From positions 207,096 through 271,095 of the forward strand of contig CBDCQL010000001.1 of NCBI GenBank assembly GCA_965220615.1: DNA of 64,000 nucleotides. The letters are read 5' to 3'. The DNA comes from Phototrophicaceae bacterium (lineage in GTDB: Bacteria > Chloroflexota > Anaerolineae > Aggregatilineales > Phototrophicaceae). Below the pieces are notes generated by a model that had not been told where the DNA came from, searched no databases, and was given only the letters and a program-made list of their open reading frames with translations. This document shows, one piece after another, positions 1-9,026 of this stretch (the first letter of the stretch is position 1; every line of letters starts with the position of its first letter). A program made the translations under genes and the position numbers.

Positions 1-36
1 CAAACTCGCCACGCCCATTCATGCGAATCCAAGAAT

Positions 37-1413
37 TCAAACCCGGACGCCTGCGGTGGTCAGGCGCAGCAACTGGCCCACGTCCTCCAGTTCCTCCAGG
101 TGGGCGCAGGCGTCGATGAGGGCGACGACGCCCTCTTCCGGCAGCAGATCGCCGGTCAGCTTGCGGAACTTGCCCTCGAACTCGGCAGCGCTCATCATGT
201 TTTCCGGCTCGCCACGGGCATATTCCACCCGGCCGCGGTACTGCCGGCCATCGTCCATGGTGATCCGCACCTCGCAGCCGTTCCGGCCGGCCTTTTCCAG
301 TTTCTCTTCCAGCCCCACCCTGACGCGGCGCCGCAGACGCCGCACCTGCGGGTCGTCCCAGGCCTGGATGTCCGCCTTGTAGAAGCTGCCGCGCTGCAGC
401 GTAACGGCCACGGTCACCGGCAGGCTGTAACAGGCCTGGTAGGCGTTCTCCGGTTCCGGGTCGACGCGGAAGTGAGGCGTGATCGCGTTCAGGTAGCTGT
501 CCACCTCGATGGCGGCGATGGCGTCCAGGTCGAGGTTGCCGTTGCTGTTGCGCAATGCCTGGGTGGCGTCCACGCAGGAGTGCACGTGGCGGCAACCGGC
601 GTGCGGCTTGAAGCCCGTCTCGGCCAGCGCCTGGCGCGTCCCCAGCGACTCCAGGATGGCCGGATCATATCCCGGGCCATAGGCGTGGAAGTAACCGTAG
701 GGGCCATCCAGCGCCCCGGGCGGCCCCCTGAAACCGAAGGCCGCCATGCGCGCCGCTTCAATGCCGTTGCGGGCCCCGATGCCGGAGAGCAGCGTGTCGC
801 AAACGAAGCCGTCGTAGACGTACTGCTCGGTGCCGCTGGCCATGTCCGTCGCCAGCGCCAGCGCGTTGCCGATCTGCTCCTGATCCAGGCCCATGGCAAC
901 CGCGGCCGTCACTGCGCTGGCCATCGAGCCCACGTGACTCTTGTGGTCCAGCCCGCGCTCGCGTTGCCAGTCCTTCACCGTCGGCTGTATGGCTTCGAAC
1001 ACGTCGTAGCCGACCGCCAGGGCCGTGATCAACTCGCGTCCGCTGAGTCGCAATTGTTCGCCCAGCACCAGCAGCAGGGGCACCAGCTCCGCCGCCACGT
1101 GCCCTGCCAGCCGGCTGGTGTCGTCCATGCCCAAGGCGTGGGCCATGACGCCATTGGCCAGGGCGGCGCCCTCAAGCGTGCAGGCGCGGCCGTCCGCGAT
1201 CAGCGTCGCCTCATCGCCCGGGTAATGGCGCGCGGCGAAGTCCGCCATCATCCGGCCCCGGCGCGTCCGGTAACCGCCCAGGGAGGTGCCCAAGGTGTCC
1301 AAAATCACCTGGCGGGCGCGCAGGATCGTCTTTTCGCCCAGGTCTTCGTAGCGCAGCGTCGCGGCGTGCGCAGCGATGACGTCCACAGCATTTTTCTTCG
1401 TGGCCACAGTCAT
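37..1413 (-). CDS. MmgE/PrpD family protein, paralog 1 (type B, no KDL insertion)
   Basis: ORF 37..1455. Family-typical blocks AVDVIAAHAA.LRYEDL, RARQVILDTLGTSLGG, GLDHKSHVGSMASAVTAAVAMGL, DMASGTEQYVYD, GFKPHAGCRHVHSCVDAT. Start trimmed to ATG 1413 (MTVATKK) with GAAAGG upstream. Confidence 0.85.
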   Translation of the reverse strand: MTVATKKNAVDVIAAHAATLRYEDLGEKTILRARQVILDTLGTSLGGYRTRRGRMMADFAARHYPGDEATLIADGRACTLEGAALANGVMAHALGMDDTSRLAGHVAAELVPLLLVLGEQLRLSGRELITALAVGYDVFEAIQPTVKDWQRERGLDHKSHVGSMASAVTAAVAMGLDQEQIGNALALATDMASGTEQYVYDGFVCDTLLSGIGARNGIEAARMAAFGFRGPPGALDGPYGYFHAYGPGYDPAILESLGTRQALAETGFKPHAGCRHVHSCVDATQALRNSNGNLDLDAIAAIEVDSYLNAITPHFRVDPEPENAYQACYSLPVTVAVTLQRGSFYKADIQAWDDPQVRRLRRRVRVGLEEKLEKAGRNGCEVRITMDDGRQYRGRVEYARGEPENMMSAAEFEGKFRKLTGDLLPEEGVVALIDACAHLEELEDVGQLLRLTTAGVRV

Positions 1414-1493
1414 GAGAGAGCCTTTCTGCCTCAAGCCACCTTGCGGCGGCGTCACGGGAGAGCGGCGGCGCGCCTGGCTTTCGTTGCCGCGCT

Positions 1494-2876
1494 TCAGACC
1501 CGGACCGGGGCCAGGGTCAGGCGCAGCAGGTCGCCGACGTCTTCAAGCTGTTCCAGACGCGCGCAGGCCTCCAGCAGCGCCATGATGCGCGCTTCCGGCA
1601 ACAGGTCGGCCACCAGATAGCGGAACTTGCCTTCGAATTCCTCGTCCGTCAGCATGTTTTCGGGCTCACCGCGGGCGTATTCCACGCGACCCCGGTAGCT
1701 GCCGCCGTCGCGCGTGGTGATGCGCACCTCGCAGCCGTTCCTGCCGGCGTCCTCGATATCCTGCGCCAGACCGACCTTCACCAGCTGGCGCAACTGCCGG
1801 GTCTTCGGGTCGTCCCAGGTCTCGATGTCTTCGCGGTACCAACTGCCGCGCTGCAGCACGACGGCGACCGTCACCGGCAGGCTGAAGCCCGCCTGGCCGT
1901 AGGTCGCCGGGTCCGGGTTGACGCGAAAGTCGGGCGTCACGGCGCGCAGGTAACTGTCGACCTCAATGGAGGCGATGGCGTCCAGTTCCAGACCGCCGTT
2001 TTTGCTCATCAGGTCCTGCGTGGCGTCGACGCAGGCGTGCACGTGACGGCAGCCGGCGTGCGGCTTGAAGCCCGTGCCCGCCAGACCCGCGCCCGGAGAC
2101 AAGTCCGCCAGGAAGGCCGGATCGTAGCCGGGACCGAAGGCGTGGAAGTAGCCATAGGGGCCGTCCAGCGCGCCGGGCGGGCCCTGAAAGCCGAACTCCG
2201 CCAGGCGCGCGGCGAAGATGCCGTTGCGCGCGCCGTAACCGGCCAGCAGGTCTTTCGTATCGCAGTGCCCGGCGTCGTAAACGTACTGTTCGGTGCCGCT
2301 GGCCATGTCCATCGACAGCGCCAGGGCGTTGCCGATCTGCTCCTGATTCAGACCCATGGCAACCGCCGCCGTGACGGCGCTGGCCATCGAGCCCACCTGA
2401 CTCTTGTGGTCGAGGCCGCGCTCGCGCTGCCAGTTGCGCACCGCCGGTTGCATGGCATCGAAGACGTCGTAACCGGCGGCCAGGGCCGTGATCATCTGCC
2501 GCCCGTCCAGCTGCAGTTGCTCGCCCAAGGCCAGCACGACGGGCACCAGCTCCGCGGCCACGTGGCTGGCGCGGCGGCTCGAATCGTCCATGCCGAGGAT
2601 CTTGCCCATGGTGCCGTTGGCCCAGGCGGCGCCCTCGGCCGTGCTGCCGCGGCCGTCGGCGACCAGCGTGGCCTCCTCACCCGGATAGCGTTGGGCGGCG
2701 TAGTCCGCCGTCAGGCGGCCCAAGGGCGTCTGGTAGCCGCCCAGGGTGGTGCCGATGGTATCCAGCAGCACCTGGCGGGCGCGCAGTACCGCGGTGGCGC
2801 CCAGGTCTTCATAACGCAGCTTCGCGGCGTGCGCCGCGACGATTTCAACGGCGCTGCGGCCATTGTTCGCGCTCAT
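1494..2876 (-). CDS. MmgE/PrpD family protein, paralog 2 (type A, CDTKDLLAG insertion)
   Basis: ORF 1494..2942. Same family blocks as paralog 1 (GLDHKSQVGSMASAVTAAVAMGL, MASGTEQYVYD, FKPHAGCRHVHACVDAT). Start trimmed to ATG 2876 (MSANNGRSAVEIVAAHAAK) with GAAAGG upstream. Confidence 0.85.
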   Translation of the reverse strand: MSANNGRSAVEIVAAHAAKLRYEDLGATAVLRARQVLLDTIGTTLGGYQTPLGRLTADYAAQRYPGEEATLVADGRGSTAEGAAWANGTMGKILGMDDSSRRASHVAAELVPVVLALGEQLQLDGRQMITALAAGYDVFDAMQPAVRNWQRERGLDHKSQVGSMASAVTAAVAMGLNQEQIGNALALSMDMASGTEQYVYDAGHCDTKDLLAGYGARNGIFAARLAEFGFQGPPGALDGPYGYFHAFGPGYDPAFLADLSPGAGLAGTGFKPHAGCRHVHACVDATQDLMSKNGGLELDAIASIEVDSYLRAVTPDFRVNPDPATYGQAGFSLPVTVAVVLQRGSWYREDIETWDDPKTRQLRQLVKVGLAQDIEDAGRNGCEVRITTRDGGSYRGRVEYARGEPENMLTDEEFEGKFRYLVADLLPEARIMALLEACARLEQLEDVGDLLRLTLAPVRV

Positions 2877-2999
2877 TGCCCAACCTTTCTGTCTTCGCTC
2901 GCCGTCAGGCAAGCGCATGCCTGGGGAGTGTGCGGGCGACATGATATGTCGCCCCTACATCATCAAACTCGCCACTCCCATTCCTGCGAAACGAAGAAT

Positions 3000-4370
3000 T
3001 CAAACCCTGACGGCGACGGCGCTCAGGCGCAACAGTTCGCCGACGTCGTCCAGTTCCTCAAGGCGATTGCAGGCATCGATGAGAGCGCTGACGCGGGCTT
3101 CCGGCAGCAGGTCGCCGTTGAGGTAACGCAACTTGCCTTCAAACTGTGCGGCGCTCATCATGTTTTCCGGTTCGCCGAGGGCGTATTCCACCCTGCCGCT
3201 GAACTGGCGACCGTCCGTCGTGGTGACCCGCACCTCGCAGCCATTGCTGTCGGCGGTCACCAGTTTCTCGTCCAGGCCGATCTTCACCAGACGCCGCAGA
3301 CGGCGCGTCTCGGCCTCGTCCCAGGTGTCGATGTCGTCGTTGTACCAGGTGCCACGCTGCAAAACGACGGCGACCGTGGTGGGCATGCTGAACTGGGCCT
3401 GCTCGGCAGACTCCGGCTCCGGATTGATGCGAAAGTCGGGCGTCATCGCCGAGGGATAGCTGCCGATTTCGATGGCGCTGATGGCTTCCAGTTGCAGACC
3501 CCCGTTGCTGTTACGCAGGGCCTGGGTGGCATCCACACAGGAGTGGACGTGACGGCAGCCGGCGTGCGGTTTGAAGCCCGTATCCGCCAGCCCCTGGCGC
3601 CGGCCCAGCCCTTCCAGTGCGGCCGCGTCGTAGCCCGGGCCAAAGGCGTGGAAGTAGCCGTAGGGCCCGTCCAGCGCCCCCGGCGGCCCCTGAAAGCCGA
3701 ACTCCGCCAGGCGCGCCGCAAAGATGCCGTTGCGCGCGCCGATGCCGGCCAAGGTCGTGTCGCAATCCGCGCCGTCGTAGACGTACTGCTCGGTGCCGCT
3801 GGCCATGTCCATCGCCAGCGCCAGGGCGTTGCCGATCTGCCCCTCGTCGAGGCCCATCGCCACGGCCGCCGTCACGGCGGTGGCCATGGAACCCACGTGG
3901 CTCTTGTGGTCGAGGCCGCGCTCGCGCTGCCAGTCCCGAACCACGGGTTGAATGGCGTCGAAGACATCGTAACCGACGGCCAGCGCCGTGATCAGTTCCC
4001 GACCGCTGAGCTGCAGATGCTCACCCAGCGCCAGCACGGCCGGCACCAGCTGCGAGGCCACGTGCCCGGAAAGGCGGCTGGTGTCGTCCATCTCAAGCAG
4101 ATGGCAGAGGACGCCGTTGGCCCAGGCCGCGCCCTCGACGCTGCTGCTACGGCCGTCGACGGCGATCGTCGCCTCCTCGCCCGGCATCCGCAGCGCGGCG
4201 TAGTCCGCCGTCATCCGACCCAGGTCCGTCTGGTAGCCGCCCAGCGAGGTGCCCAGGGTATCCAGAATCACCTGACGCGCGCGCGTGACGGTCGTCTCGC
4301 TGAGGTCCTCGTAGCGCAGCTTCGCGGCGTGCGCGGCAATAATCTCCACGGCATTTTTGTTTTTGCTCAT
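3000..4370 (-). CDS. MmgE/PrpD family protein, paralog 3 (type B)
   Basis: ORF 3000..4370, MSKNKNAVEIIAAHAAKLRYEDL. Shares HKSHVGSM, ALRNSNG and PENMMSAA states with paralog 1. GAGAGGG lies upstream of the ATG. Confidence 0.85.
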   Translation of the reverse strand: MSKNKNAVEIIAAHAAKLRYEDLSETTVTRARQVILDTLGTSLGGYQTDLGRMTADYAALRMPGEEATIAVDGRSSSVEGAAWANGVLCHLLEMDDTSRLSGHVASQLVPAVLALGEHLQLSGRELITALAVGYDVFDAIQPVVRDWQRERGLDHKSHVGSMATAVTAAVAMGLDEGQIGNALALAMDMASGTEQYVYDGADCDTTLAGIGARNGIFAARLAEFGFQGPPGALDGPYGYFHAFGPGYDAAALEGLGRRQGLADTGFKPHAGCRHVHSCVDATQALRNSNGGLQLEAISAIEIGSYPSAMTPDFRINPEPESAEQAQFSMPTTVAVVLQRGTWYNDDIDTWDEAETRRLRRLVKIGLDEKLVTADSNGCEVRVTTTDGRQFSGRVEYALGEPENMMSAAQFEGKLRYLNGDLLPEARVSALIDACNRLEELDDVGELLRLSAVAVRV

Positions 4371-4465
4371 CAGTCAATGACCCTCTCTGCCTGAATTTAG
4401 CTGGCAGGGCGCGCCGCCGCGGACAGCCCGCGACGGACGCGCTCTTTTGTCTCAAATGACCCTTC

Positions 4466-5848
4466 TCAAGCCCTGATCCTGGCGGAGGCCAGACTCAGCA
4501 ACTCGCCGACGTCGTCCAGTTCCTCAAGGCGGGCACAGGAATCGAGCAGGCCGACGATTTGCTCCTCGGGCAGCAGGTCCCCGACGAGATAGCGGAACTT
4601 GCCCTCGAACTCCGCGTCGCTCAACATGTTTTCCGGCTCGCCGAGGGCGTAAGCCACCTCGCTGCTGTACTGTTTGCCATCGCGCGTGTTGATGCGCAGC
4701 TTGCAGCCGTTTCCGCCGGAGTTCTCCAGTTCCTCGTCCAGCTCAACCTTGACCAGACGCCGCAGATGGCGCGTCATGGGCTCGTCCCAGGTCTCGATAT
4801 CCGTGCGGTACCAGGCGCCGCGCTGCAGGACGACGGCGACGGTCACCGGCAGGCTGAAACCCGCCTGGCCGGTTGTCTCCGGTTCGGGATCGATGCGGAA
4901 GAAGGGGTTGATCGCCTCGTAATAGCTGCCGATCTCGATCGAGGTGATGGCCTCAAGGTCCAGACCGCCGTTGCTGCGCACCAGCGCCTGGGTCGCATCG
5001 ACGCAGGAGTGCACGTGGCGGCAACCGGCGTGCGGCTTGAAGCCCGTCTCCGCCAGGCCGCCGCGCTTCCCCAGGACCTCCAGGTAGGCCGGGTCGTAAC
5101 CCGGGCCAAAGGCGTGGAAGTAACCATACTCACCGTCCAGGGCGCCGGGCGGGCCCTGGAAGCCGAATTCGGCCATGCGCGCCGCCATGATGCCGTTGCG
5201 CGCGCCCAGCCCGGCCAGCAGGTCCTTGGTGTCGCAGTAACCGGCGTCCCAGACGTACTGTTCGGTGCCGCTGGCCATGTCCATCGCAAGGGCCAGCGCC
5301 TGGCCGATCAGCTCCTCACTCAGCCCCATGGCGACCGCCGCCGTGACGGCGCTGGCCATCGAGCCCACCTGACTCTTGTGGTCCAGGCCGCGCTCGCGCT
5401 GCCAGTCCCGCACCCAGGGCTGAATGGCGTCGAAGACGTCGTAGCCCACGGCCATCGCAGTGATCAGGTCGCGACCGGCCAGATTCAGATGCTCGCCGAG
5501 GGCCAGCACGACCGGCGCCAGTTCCGAGGCCACGTGCCCCGAAAGACGGCTGGTGTCGTCCATGCCCAGGAACTTGCACATGGTGCCGTTGGCCCAGGCC
5601 GCGCCCTCGGCGTTGCTGCTGCGCCCGTCGGCGATGATCGTCGATTCCTCACCCGGCATGCGGTGCGCGGCGTATTCCGCCGCCAGCCGGCCCAGACGCG
5701 TCTGGTAGCCGCCCAGGGCGGTGCCGATCGTGTCCAGAATCACCTGACGGGCGCGGATGATCGCCGTCTCGCTCAGGTCCTCATAGCGCAGGTTGGCGGC
5801 GTGCGCGGCGATGACGTCCACGGCATTGCGACCATTACTCGTGCTCAT
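4466..5848 (-). CDS. MmgE/PrpD family protein, paralog 4 (type A)
   Basis: ORF 4466..5854. Shares HKSQVGSM, CDTKDLLAG and PENMLSDAE states with paralog 2. ATG 5848 (MSTSNGRNAVDV) with GAGAGG 8 nt upstream is preferred over TTG 5854. Confidence 0.85.
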   Translation of the reverse strand: MSTSNGRNAVDVIAAHAANLRYEDLSETAIIRARQVILDTIGTALGGYQTRLGRLAAEYAAHRMPGEESTIIADGRSSNAEGAAWANGTMCKFLGMDDTSRLSGHVASELAPVVLALGEHLNLAGRDLITAMAVGYDVFDAIQPWVRDWQRERGLDHKSQVGSMASAVTAAVAMGLSEELIGQALALAMDMASGTEQYVWDAGYCDTKDLLAGLGARNGIMAARMAEFGFQGPPGALDGEYGYFHAFGPGYDPAYLEVLGKRGGLAETGFKPHAGCRHVHSCVDATQALVRSNGGLDLEAITSIEIGSYYEAINPFFRIDPEPETTGQAGFSLPVTVAVVLQRGAWYRTDIETWDEPMTRHLRRLVKVELDEELENSGGNGCKLRINTRDGKQYSSEVAYALGEPENMLSDAEFEGKFRYLVGDLLPEEQIVGLLDSCARLEELDDVGELLSLASARIRA

Positions 5849-5878
5849 AATCAAAACCTCTCTACTCTCGGCCCGCTG

Positions 5879-7060
5879 TCACTGGCGCAGCAGGGCACGT
5901 AACTCCCGGGTGACGTGATCGATATCCTCACGCGTAAATTCCTGCGTCACGGGCAGGGTCAACAAGCGGTCGGCCAGGCAGTCGGTGACCGGCAGCCTGG
6001 CGGCGTTGGGCAGGCCGTGGCGATAGACCTCGTAGTGGTGCACCGGGGGCGTGTAGTGCAGCGCCGCCTCGACGCCGGCGGCGCGCAAGCCATGGTAACA
6101 CTCCTGCTGGTTGTCGACGCCGATAGTGAAGGAACGAAAAGTGGGTTCGGATTCGGGACGGAAGGTCGGCAAGGTCGCCGGGATGCCGGCCAGGCCCTCG
6201 CGGTACCACTGGACGATCTCCCGTCGCTGCTGCGTCCAATGGCGCAGATACGGCAACTTGACGTGCAAAACGGCGGCCTGCAGGCCATCCAGCGAGAGAT
6301 TGTAGCCCTCGTCGATGGCGTACTGCCGGCCCGGAATCTCCGCTTCCCAGTCCTCGCTGCGGCCGGCGCCGTAGGCGGTCAGCAGGCGCAACTTCTCGTG
6401 CACCTGCGGCTCGCTGGTCGCCACCGCCGCGCCACTGCCGACGCCGCCGAAGGGCTTGTAGGGCGCGAAACTGAAGACGACGGCATCGGCGAACACGCCG
6501 ACGCTGCGGCCATAATCGCGCGCGCCGGTGGCGAGGCAGGCATCCTCGACGATCATCAGGCCATGGCGGTCGGCGATCTCGCGCAGGCGCTTCACGTCGG
6601 CGGGGTGGCCGTGCATGTCGACCGGCAGCAGGGCGCGGCTGCGATCGCTGATCAGGGGCTCCACGAGGTCCGGGTCCATGTTGTAGTCGCTGGCGCGCAG
6701 GTCGCAGAGGACGGGCGTGGCGCCGCAGTTGCTGATCGCCGCCGTGGTGGAAATATCGGAATTGGCGACCGTGATGACCTCGTCGCCGGGGCCCACGCCG
6801 CAGGCGCGCAGGGCCAGAAAGAGGCCGCAGGTGCCGGAGTGCACGCCCACCGCCCAAGTCTGCTCCACTTCGGCAGCGAAGGCTTCCTCGAAGTCCTTGC
6901 GGGCGCGATAGCTGCTGTCGTTGGCGCTGAAGAGCATCGGTTCCAGCGCGGCCAGGATCTCCTCGCGCAGGGCCTGATGGGTGAGGTAGTTGCGCGAGCG
7001 CGGGATGGCGAAGCGGCCCTGTTCGGCGTAAATCCGTTCTTCCTGTGAAAGTGTGACCAT
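5879..7060 (-). CDS. DegT/DnrJ/EryC1/StrS-family PLP-dependent aminotransferase
   Basis: ORF 5879..7129. Motifs AVGVHSGTCGLFLALRA, DEVITVANSDISTTAAI, MIVEDACLATGA and VVFSFAPYKPFG (Lys-bearing PLP motif). Start trimmed to ATG 7060 (MVTLSQ) behind AGGAGG; the longer ORF would overlap the upstream permease stop at 7080. Confidence 0.8.
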   Translation of the reverse strand: MVTLSQEERIYAEQGRFAIPRSRNYLTHQALREEILAALEPMLFSANDSSYRARKDFEEAFAAEVEQTWAVGVHSGTCGLFLALRACGVGPGDEVITVANSDISTTAAISNCGATPVLCDLRASDYNMDPDLVEPLISDRSRALLPVDMHGHPADVKRLREIADRHGLMIVEDACLATGARDYGRSVGVFADAVVFSFAPYKPFGGVGSGAAVATSEPQVHEKLRLLTAYGAGRSEDWEAEIPGRQYAIDEGYNLSLDGLQAAVLHVKLPYLRHWTQQRREIVQWYREGLAGIPATLPTFRPESEPTFRSFTIGVDNQQECYHGLRAAGVEAALHYTPPVHHYEVYRHGLPNAARLPVTDCLADRLLTLPVTQEFTREDIDHVTRELRALLRQ

Positions 7061-7079
7061 GGGCGCCTCCTGTACCCGC

Positions 7080-8015
7080 TCAGTCGCGGCCACGCACGTT
7101 GGGGTCGAGCGAATCGCGCAGCCAGTCACCGAGGAAGACCACGCCCAGCACGGTGATGGTGATGGCGATGCCCGGGTAGGCCGTCATCCACCAGGCGCTG
7201 TTGATCACCGACTTGCCGTCCGCCAGCTGGATTCCCCAGGTCACCGTGGGCGGCTTGACGCCCAGGCCCAGGAAACTGAGTGAGGACTCGGCGAGCATGG
7301 TGATGCCGACCTGCAGCGCGGCCAGCACGATGGCCGAGGCGATCACGTTCGGCAGGATGTGATGCAGCACGACCCAAAGCGGCCGCTGGCCGATGGACCA
7401 GGCCGCCAGGACGTAATCGTTTTCGCGCGCCTTGAGCACCTCGCCACGGATCACGCGCGCGTAGGTCACCCAGCCCGAGAGGCCGAGAATCAGAATCAGC
7501 GTGACGAGGCCCGGCCCGACGATGCCCGAGATCGCCACGACGCGGATCACGAAGGGAATGCTGAGCATGGCGTCGCAGATGCGCATCATGAAGCCGTCGA
7601 CGCGCCCGCCAAGAAAGCCGCTGGTCAGGCCATACAATACGCCGATGGTGCCGGCGATCATGACCGCCACCACGCCTACCAGCACCGACACGCGACTGCC
7701 GACCAGAATGCGGCTGAAGATATCGCGCCCCAGCTGGTCTGTGCCCAGCAGATGAGTCGCCCCGTCGTCGCCCGTGAAGCCGGGCGGTTTGTAGCGGGTG
7801 CGCAGGTTGCCGCGGATCGGATCGTGGGGAACGATGTAGGGACTGATCAGCGCCAACACAATGACCAGGGAAATGATGCCCGTCCCGATCAGTCCGATGG
7901 GACTGCGCCGCAGCAGCGACAGCAGCGAAGGCTGGCGCGAATGACCGGTGACCAGAGTCGCCACCTCGCCTTCGGACTGTGCGGAAGCGGCAGGCTCGCC
8001 GGGCCCTGTGCTCAT
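7080..8015 (-). CDS. ABC transporter permease, DppC/OppC-like (peptide/nickel type)
   Basis: ORF 7080..8057. Polytopic membrane protein with LLGTDQLGRDIFSRIL and a BPD-transport signature region (AWSIGQRPLWVVLHHILPN). ATG 8015 is preceded by GGAGGC and follows the upstream stop at 8032. Confidence 0.8.
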   Translation of the reverse strand: MSTGPGEPAASAQSEGEVATLVTGHSRQPSLLSLLRRSPIGLIGTGIISLVIVLALISPYIVPHDPIRGNLRTRYKPPGFTGDDGATHLLGTDQLGRDIFSRILVGSRVSVLVGVVAVMIAGTIGVLYGLTSGFLGGRVDGFMMRICDAMLSIPFVIRVVAISGIVGPGLVTLILILGLSGWVTYARVIRGEVLKARENDYVLAAWSIGQRPLWVVLHHILPNVIASAIVLAALQVGITMLAESSLSFLGLGVKPPTVTWGIQLADGKSVINSAWWMTAYPGIAITITVLGVVFLGDWLRDSLDPNVRGRD

Positions 8016-8031
8016 ATTGTCTGCCTCCACG

Positions 8032-8949
8032 TCAGTCGAAGCGAATGCGCGGATCAATCACCGCGTAAAGGATGTCAATAATGATGTTGATGGTGATGAA
8101 GGAGAGCGAGAAGAAGAGCAAGGCGGCCTGCACGACCGTGTTGTCGCGCACGCCGATCGAATCGATCATCAGGCGCCCCAGGCCAGGCCAGGAGAAGACG
8201 CTCTCGACCACCACCGAACCGCCCAGCAACCAGCCCAGTTGCAGGCCGAAGACGGTCATGATGGGAATGAGCGCGTTCTTCATCGCGTGGCGGAAGACCA
8301 CGGTACGGGTGATCAGGCCCTTGCTGTAGGCCGTGCGGACGTAGTCCTCGTTGAGCACTTCCAGCATGGCCGATCGCGTCAGGCGGGAGAGATAGGCGGC
8401 CATGCCGACGCCCATGGTCAGCGAGGGCATGATGATCGCCGACGGGTCCCGGGCGCCAAAGGCCGGCAGGAGCCGTAATCGCACCGAAAAGAAAATGATC
8501 ATCATGAGCCCCAGCCAGAACGACGGCATGGCCGTCCCGATTGAGGCCAGCATGGTACTGCCCAGATCAAAGTAACTGTTGCGGTTCAGTGAAGAGATAA
8601 TGCCCAGTGGCAGGGCCACCGACAGACCGATCAGCGAGGCCACGCCGGCCAGCAACCAGGTGGCTCCCAGGCGCTCGATCACCAGTTCCATGGCCGGGCG
8701 CTTCGAGAGGTAGGCGATGCCGAAGTCGCCGGTCACCGCCCGGGTGATGAAGATGACGTACTGCTCGGCCAGCGGTTTGTCGAAGCCCCACAACTCCCGC
8801 AGGCGTTGTTTCTGGTCTTCGTTAAAGGTTGGCGGCGCAGTGATGTCCACCGGGTCGCCCTTGAGGCGCACCAGGAAAAAGGCGAGGAAGGACACGATGA
8901 TGAGTGTGATGATTCCCTGGACAATTCGCGTCGCAATGAACTGTTGCAT
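8032..8949 (-). CDS. ABC transporter permease, DppB/OppB-like
   Basis: ORF 8032..8949. N-terminus MQQFIATRIVQGIITLIIVSFLAFFLVRL, then EDYVRTAYSKGL and KNALIPIMTV, typical of DppB/OppB permeases. Confidence 0.8.
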   Translation of the reverse strand: MQQFIATRIVQGIITLIIVSFLAFFLVRLKGDPVDITAPPTFNEDQKQRLRELWGFDKPLAEQYVIFITRAVTGDFGIAYLSKRPAMELVIERLGATWLLAGVASLIGLSVALPLGIISSLNRNSYFDLGSTMLASIGTAMPSFWLGLMMIIFFSVRLRLLPAFGARDPSAIIMPSLTMGVGMAAYLSRLTRSAMLEVLNEDYVRTAYSKGLITRTVVFRHAMKNALIPIMTVFGLQLGWLLGGSVVVESVFSWPGLGRLMIDSIGVRDNTVVQAALLFFSLSFITINIIIDILYAVIDPRIRFD

Positions 8950-8981
8950 GGATTTCGCCGCCCTCGTTCGGGGAAAAGGTG

Positions 8982-9016
8982 CTGACGGGGACGGGCCGCA
9001 GCCGCGCCCCCGTCAG
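8982..9016 (-). promoter_or_regulatory. Intercistronic GC-rich stem-loop after binding-protein gene 1 (partial terminator / mRNA stabiliser)
   Basis: CTGACGGGG (8982-8990) is the perfect reverse complement of CCCCGTCAG (9008-9016). In minus sense it sits just after the stop at 9027 and is followed by CACCUUUUCC before the permease ATG. Confidence 0.45.
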
Positions 9017-9026
9017 GGTGAATCAC

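Noticed and set aside
2037-4394. Very long alternate-strand ORFs opposite well-supported genes. Examples: 100..1620(+), 2037..4394(+), 12383..14659(+), 17798..19921(+), 20038..22026(+), 26049..26861(+), 46647..48092(+), 57610..59259(+).
   Set aside because: These are typical high-GC antisense artefacts. The translations are Arg/Ala/Gly/His/Pro-rich low-complexity strings with no family motifs, and each is fully shadowed by an opposite-strand CDS carrying clear family signatures and SD-led starts.
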